64,000 nucleotides of DNA from contig OZ251219.1 of the NCBI GenBank assembly GCA_965240465.1, forward strand, positions 151,046 to 215,045. Reading direction: 5' to 3'. Shown piece after piece: positions 20,290 through 27,832 of the stretch. Position numbers and translations under genes: made by a program. Position 1 is the stretch's first letter; each line of letters starts with the position of its first letter. The notes beneath the pieces were generated by a model. The model was not told the DNA's origin. It worked only from the letters and a program-made list of their open reading frames with translations, and did not search any database. The stretch comes from a bacterium. Its GTDB lineage: Bacteria; SAR324; JACQKK01.

Positions 20290-22782
20290 TTACTGGACTA
20301 TGTTTTTAACATATTCCAGCTTCAGAGTAGTAAACCGTACCGCGGTAGCAATATGTTGCTGATGACCCCTTAGCACGTTGCTGTACCCTATTCCCTTGAG
20401 TCCTTCTCTTTTAAGCTGTTTTACAAACAATACCCTCAAGCTTTTTCCTCCCTCAATGGCATATTCCAAGCGTAGCTCATTCAGCCCGGATATTGTTGGA
20501 CATTGGGCCCGAACATCAAGCCATTCGTTTTTTGCTAAGGGTCCCCATTTTTTTATGGGTACGCTATTGCATAACAACTGTATTTGCTGGCCATTGTGTA
20601 GATTTTCCAACCTCGCCCGCAATTGAACCTGCTTATTAGCCTGACCACTATCGGCAACGTGCCAATACAGGACAGTTGTTTTACCCAGGGAATATCGCTC
20701 ATTTCCTACACTAGCGATGGTACCCAACCTTTTGGAACGGTACTTGAGTCCCTTAGCACTAATTCCATAAGGTCGTTCAAAAGCTACAAAATCAGCCTGA
20801 CCCTCAAAAAAGACTACCGGAGGATTGTCAGCCAAGTTTTTTTTATGGCGACTACGCCAATCATCTGTTAGCGGAACAAATGCCAGCTTGGTGCCTTTTT
20901 CTTTATTGGCTAGTAAGCGAGCCGTTGGCCGACCAAAACGATGATAAAATTCCTTAGCACAGCCAGTAGCCATCAAATCCTCGTGTACCTGAATACCAGC
21001 AAAGTCATGCTGTGATAAATGTAGTTCCAAGAAACGATATTCATCTTCCTTGAGACAACGCCACTGACGACGAGGTTCTTTTATTCCCCCCTGCTGGCGT
21101 GCTTCTGGCCACAATAAATGCGGCCAGCCCTGTAAAATCAGTTTTTCCAATAGACTGCTCGGGGGCCAGATATCCCATCCTCCTGCCAGACCTTTTTTGT
21201 CATGATGCCTGCGTAAAAAGCCAATATCCTGAGCCCAGAAATCATAAGAACACATAGCACGAAATCCACGAATACGAAGACAAAATGGCCACTCAAAAAT
21301 AGCCGTACCCTCTGTATTCTTAATAACATTTGCATAAGATACAATATCTTGACGGTCTACTCTGGTAAAAGAATGGGCATCTGGAAGTTCTGAGGCAAAT
21401 GTATGAACCTCCGTTCCAGCTACCACCAACCAAATGGCAAAAACCCCCTTGTGGACATGTCGCCAATCGATTTCCAAGGTTGGCAATAGTAGTAGCAATG
21501 GATAGAGCAATGTGCCTCGCCCTCCTACTCTTGTAAAACTGTGCCAGGGAAACACCTCCAATAGCGGCAGTAAGCGCGGAATGTTGAATACTAACAGCAA
21601 AAAAAACACCCCCGAGGGCAACAGCCATACCCACGCAGGAGTAGACTCAGACGCATTGGCCGAAGTATCAAAGGAGCCAGAATCTGTAGAAGACGACCTA
21701 AACCAACACCCCCGAACTGCCCACCACCAACCCATTATCCCCAGAGATAACAACGCCCAACCAGCCATCCCACTATAAAAATGCTCTCTTATGTCAAACA
21801 GATCTAATGAAAAGCTAGCTTTCCAATATGGAAGAAACAACCGCAATGGACTGGAAAACCAAAACCTAAAATAATGTCCCGAATCCGTACTAACAGGAGT
21901 AATGGCACTAACAATCTGCAAAACCAGCGGCACGTACAACCACCCCACTACAAACATTGCCCCCAGCAAAGAACAGTGCCAAAAAGGCCTGCCACGTACC
22001 TCAGACCATCCATGGAAACTTGCACGCAAGGCCAGCTTCCAGATGCTACCAGTACCCAGCCATCGCCTGTGCCATACCCAGCCCACCCCAAATAACAATG
22101 TGATCACAAACGATGTTATATTCAATGCCCCTACATAGCCTAATCCATGCCCCAATCCTAGCAACAGAAACAATCCACGTAACATTACCAGCTTCAATCG
22201 CAACTTCCCTTCCCGTACCAATTGACGAAACAAGAGAAAGTCTACCAATACCCCCAACTGTAGCCAGTGAATATATGCAATATTAAAATGAACGCTCTGC
22301 TTGTAACCAACATAAAAATTTAACAAAACAGATAAAAATGCAAAAACTCCTGCACGATTATCACCATATACTCCCCGTAGTAGCCAAAAACTTCCTAAAC
22401 ACCCCACCAAAACGCTGATGGCTCCATAGTACAAGAACCACTCCCCCTCACCCAGCCACTTACCGCCCTGATACATCCATAATGCCTGCTCAAATGCCCA
22501 ATCTACCAACATAACCCCCATATCATAAGGATATGTGTGTTCATCACCAGCAGGCATCAATTGCGGAAATGGCCACCACTTGATCCAACGGGCAAAGTAA
22601 TCCCAAGTAAAATAAGATTGTTGTACATCTGTTGCCCCCTCCCACGCCCACCCTATTGGCAACCGATTGACAAAATCATGCCACCAAAAACAAAAACCCA
22701 ACAACACGAACACCCAAATCGCTGTTCGCACCCCTCCCAAACTCTTACCCCCCTTAATCTTCTCTACCAAACTGGTTAACAT
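20290..22782 (-). CDS. large Trp-rich polytopic membrane protein with about 350-aa C-terminal soluble region; function unknown (GT-C-like topology is only a guess)
   Basis: 830-aa uninterrupted ORF. The N-terminal ~480 aa hold many hydrophobic segments, with an acidic loop (PAGDEHTYPYD) after the first segment. The C-terminal part is hydrophilic and looks beta-rich. I recognise no family motif. Confidence 0.6.
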   Translation of the reverse strand: MLTSLVEKIKGGKSLGGVRTAIWVFVLLGFCFWWHDFVNRLPIGWAWEGATDVQQSYFTWDYFARWIKWWPFPQLMPAGDEHTYPYDMGVMLVDWAFEQALWMYQGGKWLGEGEWFLYYGAISVLVGCLGSFWLLRGVYGDNRAGVFAFLSVLLNFYVGYKQSVHFNIAYIHWLQLGVLVDFLLFRQLVREGKLRLKLVMLRGLFLLLGLGHGLGYVGALNITSFVITLLFGVGWVWHRRWLGTGSIWKLALRASFHGWSEVRGRPFWHCSLLGAMFVVGWLYVPLVLQIVSAITPVSTDSGHYFRFWFSSPLRLFLPYWKASFSLDLFDIREHFYSGMAGWALLSLGIMGWWWAVRGCWFRSSSTDSGSFDTSANASESTPAWVWLLPSGVFFLLLVFNIPRLLPLLEVFPWHSFTRVGGRGTLLYPLLLLLPTLEIDWRHVHKGVFAIWLVVAGTEVHTFASELPDAHSFTRVDRQDIVSYANVIKNTEGTAIFEWPFCLRIRGFRAMCSYDFWAQDIGFLRRHHDKKGLAGGWDIWPPSSLLEKLILQGWPHLLWPEARQQGGIKEPRRQWRCLKEDEYRFLELHLSQHDFAGIQVHEDLMATGCAKEFYHRFGRPTARLLANKEKGTKLAFVPLTDDWRSRHKKNLADNPPVVFFEGQADFVAFERPYGISAKGLKYRSKRLGTIASVGNERYSLGKTTVLYWHVADSGQANKQVQLRARLENLHNGQQIQLLCNSVPIKKWGPLAKNEWLDVRAQCPTISGLNELRLEYAIEGGKSLRVLFVKQLKREGLKGIGYSNVLRGHQQHIATAVRFTTLKLEYVKNIVQ

Positions 22783-22877
22783 CCGCCCATCAAAAACCTT
22801 ATTAACTTATACATATAACAGACAAGGCAACATCATTATAATGCTCCCACCTAAAAATATGTACCCCGTTTCAGGAT

Positions 22878-23363
22878 CTATTGATTTATTAGCCCAGGCC
22901 AGTTTTTATCACCTTTTCTGATATTGTCATCACGCTCGCTCAGCCAAGCATTTTTCACCCCTATGCTGTAGTTAAGGTAAAGCTTGTTTTTGTGAACAGT
23001 CCAAGCACGAGGATTTATCGGAGCTACTTGGTTCTGAGCTACTGCAAAAGCACAATAGCCCCCATATTGAGGAGCATATTGTTGAGGTTTTTTAAGGAAT
23101 TTATCCCGATTTTCAGCCGAATAAAAATTCCAAGTTGCTCCGTTCCATTTGGCTTGGAAGGCTTTTTTTCCTTTTACAGCCCGTTTATCTGTGAAATAAG
23201 CCACAGCATCGTAGCCACGGATGGCTACCCCTCGAGATTGGAATACTGGTTCTATCGCTTGGGCATCATTTGGAATAACCAAGCTGTAAATAAAAGCCAA
23301 ACCGCATAGTGTAACAGCTAGTGTTAGCCATTTTCTATTCATATTGGGGATCTGTTTAATCAT
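22878..23363 (-). CDS. secreted YHS-domain protein (family annotated in databases as 'YHS domain-containing (seleno)protein'), copy 1
   Basis: 161 aa. Signal peptide (KWLTLAVTLCGLAFIYS...AQA), then GYDAVAYF...KG...F.AKWNGATWNFYSAENRDKF...P..YAPQYGGYCAFAV...KLYLNY...KGDKNWP, which is the family pattern as I remember it. Confidence 0.8.
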   Translation of the reverse strand: MIKQIPNMNRKWLTLAVTLCGLAFIYSLVIPNDAQAIEPVFQSRGVAIRGYDAVAYFTDKRAVKGKKAFQAKWNGATWNFYSAENRDKFLKKPQQYAPQYGGYCAFAVAQNQVAPINPRAWTVHKNKLYLNYSIGVKNAWLSERDDNIRKGDKNWPGLINQ

Positions 23364-23507
23364 GGATATATTCCTTATTTAAGGATAAATAATAACAACA
23401 AATTACGCTGCACTTAAAAAATTTGCTACTTGCCATAAACATAGCACCGAAGAAAATGAGCTGGACTGATTTGGGCATGAGTTCATTAAGACATCAATCA
23501 CAAATTA

Positions 23508-23996
23508 CTAGCTACCCTTAAGTAAATTAGGCCAGTTTTTGTCTCCCTTTTTGATATTGCTATCACGACTTTCCAGCCAAGTAGTTTTCACTCCTGTGCT
23601 GTAATTAAGGTATAGTTTATTATTGTGGACCGTCCAGGCATGTGGGTCTATGGGAGCTACATAATTCCGAGAGACGGCAAAGGCACAATAGCCCCCGTAT
23701 TGAGGGGCATATTGTTGAGGTTTTTTAAGGAATTTATCCCGATTTTCAGCCGAATAAAAATTCCAAGTTGCCTTGTTCCATTTGGCTTGGAAGGCGTTTT
23801 TTCCCTTTACAGCTCGCTTTTCTGCGAAATATGCCACCGAGTCATAGCCACGGATAGCTACTCCTCGGGATTGAAATACTGGCTCTATCGCTTGAGCATT
23901 ATTTGGAATAATCAAGCTGTGAATAAAAGCCAAGCTGCATAATGTAAGAGTTAGTGTCAGCCATTTTCTATTGATACTGGGGGTCTGTGCAAACAT
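23508..23996 (-). CDS. secreted YHS-domain protein, copy 2 (tandem paralogue)
   Basis: 162 aa, collinear with copy 1 and roughly 85% identical by eye. Same signal peptide and the same QYGGYCAFAV motif. Confidence 0.8.
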   Translation of the reverse strand: MFAQTPSINRKWLTLTLTLCSLAFIHSLIIPNNAQAIEPVFQSRGVAIRGYDSVAYFAEKRAVKGKNAFQAKWNKATWNFYSAENRDKFLKKPQQYAPQYGGYCAFAVSRNYVAPIDPHAWTVHNNKLYLNYSTGVKTTWLESRDSNIKKGDKNWPNLLKGS

Positions 23997-24144
23997 GAAA
24001 GGACTCCTTATTATAAATAAATCTATCGTGCAATAAACTGAGTGACATTATACCTTTGCTACCTATAATCAGTCTAGTACATGTGGATACATAGAGTGAA
24101 TACCTGCAGACAAACAGAAATAATTGCCCCCTCGCACCAAAACA

Positions 24145-24573
24145 TTAAGATAAGGCTTTTTCCAATTTTTGGTGGAGGTCCTGGCTAATGCGAGTAGGCT
24201 TACCTTCTTGGTTCAAGAATACAGCTGTTGCTTGGGCAGTGAGAACAAGATTTTGCTTTTGATCAGGCTTACTTCCAGCTGGGCAGGTGATTTGTTGGTC
24301 CATATTTAGCCTAGCACCGCGAACAGAAGCTACTTGAAGATAAACCGTAAAGGTCTGATCAGATAACAGAGATTTGTAAAAACGTAGATGAATTTCTGAG
24401 AGTGCCAAGGATTGATTGTCTTTGGCAGCCTGAGACGGAATTATGCCCAGTGTAATCAAAAAGGCATGGCGAGTATGTTCCAAATAATTGAGATAAACAG
24501 CATTATTAACCACCCCAAATTGATCTAATTCATAGTCGCGTACGTGAAAATCCAGTTGGAAAGAAGCTGACAT
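24145..24573 (-). CDS. hotdog-fold acyl-CoA thioesterase (4HBT/YbgC-like)
   Basis: The track ORF (24145..24717) overlaps the upstream cytochrome gene. The internal ATG at 24573 gives MSASFQLDFHVRDYELDQFGVVNNAVYLNYLEHTRHAFL..., the canonical start of YbgC/4HBT thioesterases (catalytic D in 'YELD', V.N..Y..Y.E). Confidence 0.75.
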   Translation of the reverse strand: MSASFQLDFHVRDYELDQFGVVNNAVYLNYLEHTRHAFLITLGIIPSQAAKDNQSLALSEIHLRFYKSLLSDQTFTVYLQVASVRGARLNMDQQITCPAGSKPDQKQNLVLTAQATAVFLNQEGKPTRISQDLHQKLEKALS

Positions 24574-24595
24574 ACTACAAAAACAAGATGGCTGT

Positions 24596-24910
24596 TTACG
24601 GTTTCTGAGACTCCAACCACTCTGCAATTTGGCGGATATCATAGTCGCTAAGGCGACGAGCATGCGTCCACATAGTTTGTGAAGCCGCACTATCACGCTC
24701 CAGATTGCGATAAGCACGCAGTTGATTCACTAGATAAGCCGCGTTCTGGGATGCCAATTTGGGAATACCGTTGCCAATCGGCCGACTACCTTTCCTTCCA
24801 TGACATACCCCACAAGCATTTTGCTGGTAGATATATTCTCCGGTAGGCTGTGCCTCAACAATATTTTGCCAACCCAACAGAGCTACAATAGTCATAGCCA
24901 TTAACAACAT
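24596..24910 (-). CDS. monohaem class I cytochrome c (c4/c553-like single domain)
   Basis: The likely start at ATG 24910 gives the signal peptide MLLMAMTIVALLGWQNIVEA. One CGVCHG haem motif, IPKLASQNAAYLVNQLRAYR and a distal Met (QTMW). Confidence 0.75.
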   Translation of the reverse strand: MLLMAMTIVALLGWQNIVEAQPTGEYIYQQNACGVCHGRKGSRPIGNGIPKLASQNAAYLVNQLRAYRNLERDSAASQTMWTHARRLSDYDIRQIAEWLESQKP

Positions 24911-25067
24911 CTTTACCGATGCCGTATCCTTACACACCTGGCAATTCGCTAAATACATGGGGGCATTATTCTGGCAAGAATCTATAAATAAAGAAAAACA
25001 TATCAGCAGGTTCCAATTTAAGAGCATCTGATATTAGGACACTCTGCAGAATTGATGACATACACTA

Positions 25068-25460
25068 CTATTTTAACGCAGCTAGATAAGCAGCTATCTC
25101 AAGCACCTCTTTTTTGCTTAAAGCATCCGCAAAAGGCCACATCACCTTGGCTAGGGCACTAGAACGAGAACGGTCTTGGTACGCCCTCAACTGAGCAACA
25201 ATATACACAGCATTTTGACCTGCTAGCTTAGGGTAATTAAGTGCTATCGGCTGACGACCATTTTGGCCATGGCAAGACACACAATCTTTTGACACATAAA
25301 GCTCTTTACCATCTGCTTGGGCCGATTTGGCAATGACGGTCGCACTCAGAAAAACAAGTACACAAACCACTAACCTGGTAGATCTATTTAATCGAGATTG
25401 CCACTCCCCTAGTTGCCTCTGTTCTAACAACTGTAAAATAAATCTCATCGTGTTTACCAA
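25068..25460 (-). CDS. monohaem class I cytochrome c (c4/c553-like single domain)
   Basis: 130 aa. Signal-anchor segment, one CVSCHG haem motif, YPKLAGQNAVYIVAQLRAYQ and a distal Met (KVMW). Paralogous in layout to the downstream cytochrome. Confidence 0.8.
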   Translation of the reverse strand: MVNTMRFILQLLEQRQLGEWQSRLNRSTRLVVCVLVFLSATVIAKSAQADGKELYVSKDCVSCHGQNGRQPIALNYPKLAGQNAVYIVAQLRAYQDRSRSSALAKVMWPFADALSKKEVLEIAAYLAALK

Positions 25461-25574
25461 GTAATCTTATTCAATCATTTCTCACTAACATTTTATAGCT
25501 AAAACCTAGTTGCTAGCATGGTTTATTATCATATCCGATCATAATACCCCCCCCTTCGTTTGTTTTGTTGTTAA

Positions 25575-26207
25575 CTAAGGGATGGAGAAAGAGGGGGTAA
25601 TAACAATGTCCATAGGAACATCATGTGGTTCTGTGGGGATGGCATGCTCACACTGCCATTCTAGTGCCAAGCCAATCAGGGTAGCCGGAGTTTCTCTGAG
25701 TTCCTGTAGGTTAGCAATAAAGCGATCATAGATACCCTTGCCGTACCCCAATCGTTGACGATTTTGATCAAATCCAAGCATAGGTACAATCACAATGTCA
25801 ATGTACTGGGCTTGTGATGAGGAAAGCGGCTGGTATCCTTGGGGAGGGGGACAAGGTTCCAACACCCCAAAAGGTCCTTTTATAAGAGGCTCACCCGGCT
25901 TCCAAGAAGCAGTAGCCAAAGTATTATTAGGCATTTGTACAGGAGCAAAACAGATTTTCTCGGCAGACGCCTCTTGCCAAATAAGAGCAGTATTTATCTC
26001 ATCTGGAAGGCTGATAAAACAGTGAATGCCGGTTGCTTGCTGCCAAACAATAAGTTGAAACAATTTCTTAGCAATGGACAGGCTAGCCTGTTTGAGAATA
26101 TGAGTATCTACTGAATGCCTCTTGGTCAAAAGTCGCTGACGAAGTTCTCGCTTGGCGATTGATACCATAGTAAAACCGAAATTATTATCTGCCATACTGG
26201 GATACAA
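25575..26207 (-). CDS. 5-formyltetrahydrofolate cyclo-ligase
   Basis: 210 aa. N-terminal K.ELRQRLL..R, and C-terminal IVIVPMLGFDQNRQRLGYGKGIYDRF...HDVPMD, the MTHFS signature. Confidence 0.8.
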   Translation of the reverse strand: MYPSMADNNFGFTMVSIAKRELRQRLLTKRHSVDTHILKQASLSIAKKLFQLIVWQQATGIHCFISLPDEINTALIWQEASAEKICFAPVQMPNNTLATASWKPGEPLIKGPFGVLEPCPPPQGYQPLSSSQAQYIDIVIVPMLGFDQNRQRLGYGKGIYDRFIANLQELRETPATLIGLALEWQCEHAIPTEPHDVPMDIVITPSFSIP

Positions 26208-26333
26208 TGAAAAAAATTTAACAACCTACACTAAGAATAAGATGAAAAAACACCCAATCCATATACCAGATTACTTCAATGCCCATGGAGAAGGTCCCAT
26301 GGAGTCAGAGTAAATAGTATTTTTGGTCAATAA

Positions 26334-27698
26334 CTATTCCGACGCCGACAATAGCACCAACTTTTTCCGCAAATGGTACTGTATCCAAAAAGCAAATCCA
26401 ACCTGAACAAAGCTGGCAATGTTGTTAGCCCAAAAAATGGCCAGAAAACTACTCTTCCACACCAACAAGCTCCCTATTAGCCATATAGACATGGTCACAA
26501 TTCGAACACTCCCAATAGCCAAGGAAAAACCAGTACGACCCAACCCCACTGCCAAAGAATTAACACTAAAAATAAACGCAAAGGCTGGTAGTGACAACAT
26601 ATTAATGATCGCATAGGTTACCCCAAAGGACATCACCTGAGGGCTATCTGTGAACAACCCCACCAAGAACCCTGCACCACTCCCAATTAATACGCACCCC
26701 AAAAATGCCATTAAAAAACTGTATAGCAGGCCACACCTAAATGAAGACCACACTCTATCCCATTTACCCGCTCCATGATTCTGTCCCACCATACTAGACA
26801 CCGCAACTCCGATTGAAATAATCGGTAAAATGGATGTCTCAAAAATACGAAACCCCACCACCGTACCAGCTACCACCGTGCTCCCCAATGGACGCAGTGC
26901 CACGTATACAGCCATTATACCCATTGCAAAAAATAAGTGCTGGACCCCTACAGGAACACCTATCCTAAGAGTACGCCCTATCTGCTGCCAATCTGGTCGC
27001 AATGGCATTTCTAGCTGCAAAGGTCGTCCTCTGTTAATTTCCCCCGAACGCAACATCAACCACACATAAACAGATCCACTCACTACCTGCGATGTCATTG
27101 TCGCCCAAGCAGCCCCATTCATTTGCCAACCATTAAAAGGTCCCCATCCGAATATAAACAGCGGATCCAGTATAAAATTCATCACCACGCTTAAACCAAT
27201 CAATTTCATTGGCGTCTTAAAATCTCCCACTGCACGCCAACATTGACTCATAGAAAATAAAAATACCTGCCATAAAAAAGCCGAGGCATAAACTCTATAA
27301 AATGACACCCCCAAGGCTTTAACTTCAGCATCTTTGGTAAAAATGGCAAAATACCAAGGGGCTACCAAGCCCGCCAACAGCCAACCCATAGACCCCAACA
27401 CTACTGCTAGCAATACCGTCTGAGAAAATACCCGTCCTACACCTTTAAAATCTCCTGCACCGTAAAATGACGCTATCTGAGACAAGGAACCCACCCCCAG
27501 CATCATTGTCAGTGACAACACCAAGAAAAGTGTATTGAATGATATCGCAAACGCTGCCAGTACCTTTTCACCCAACCGACCCAGAAAAAACAAATCCGCC
27601 AGAGCATAAAAAGACTGCATTAAGAAAGCCAACAGAGTAGGCCCCGCCAATCGTAGTACCCATAACAAAATAGGGCCCTTCGTTAAATCTTGTGCCAT
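26334..27698 (-). CDS. MATE-family efflux transporter
   Basis: 454 aa with about 12 hydrophobic segments. The N-terminus ...LLWVLRLAGPTLLAFLMQSFYALADLFFLGRLG and internal-repeat organisation are typical of MATE/NorM proteins. Confidence 0.85.
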   Translation of the reverse strand: MAQDLTKGPILLWVLRLAGPTLLAFLMQSFYALADLFFLGRLGEKVLAAFAISFNTLFLVLSLTMMLGVGSLSQIASFYGAGDFKGVGRVFSQTVLLAVVLGSMGWLLAGLVAPWYFAIFTKDAEVKALGVSFYRVYASAFLWQVFLFSMSQCWRAVGDFKTPMKLIGLSVVMNFILDPLFIFGWGPFNGWQMNGAAWATMTSQVVSGSVYVWLMLRSGEINRGRPLQLEMPLRPDWQQIGRTLRIGVPVGVQHLFFAMGIMAVYVALRPLGSTVVAGTVVGFRIFETSILPIISIGVAVSSMVGQNHGAGKWDRVWSSFRCGLLYSFLMAFLGCVLIGSGAGFLVGLFTDSPQVMSFGVTYAIINMLSLPAFAFIFSVNSLAVGLGRTGFSLAIGSVRIVTMSIWLIGSLLVWKSSFLAIFWANNIASFVQVGFAFWIQYHLRKKLVLLSASE

Positions 27699-27832
27699 TG
27701 TTTTTAGTTAAATCTTCGTTTCATGCTTTTCAACCATACCGAACACTAGCGAAAAACTACCCTGAATCTTTATGTCTTTAATAGCAAACATAGCTCGTTG
27801 ACAAGCGAGTATTGAAATTGTCTTTAGCAAAT

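Noticed and set aside
24574-24717. The N-terminal 48 codons of track ORF 24145..24717 (MLIAIWSVIVRLHKLCGRM...), which would make a 190-aa thioesterase overlapping the cytochrome c gene.
   Set aside because: The thioesterase homology begins exactly at the internal Met (MSASFQLDFHVRDYELD). The upstream extension overlaps the 3' end of the cytochrome gene in another frame and has no family resemblance.
26282-26304. CCCATGGAG-AAGGT-CCCATGGAG between the MATE gene and the cyclo-ligase gene, as a terminator or operator.
   Set aside because: Only a 6-bp self-complementary core (CCATGG), no U-tract on the transcribed strand and a very short repeat. It is noted only because it shares the 14-nt period of the other repeats.
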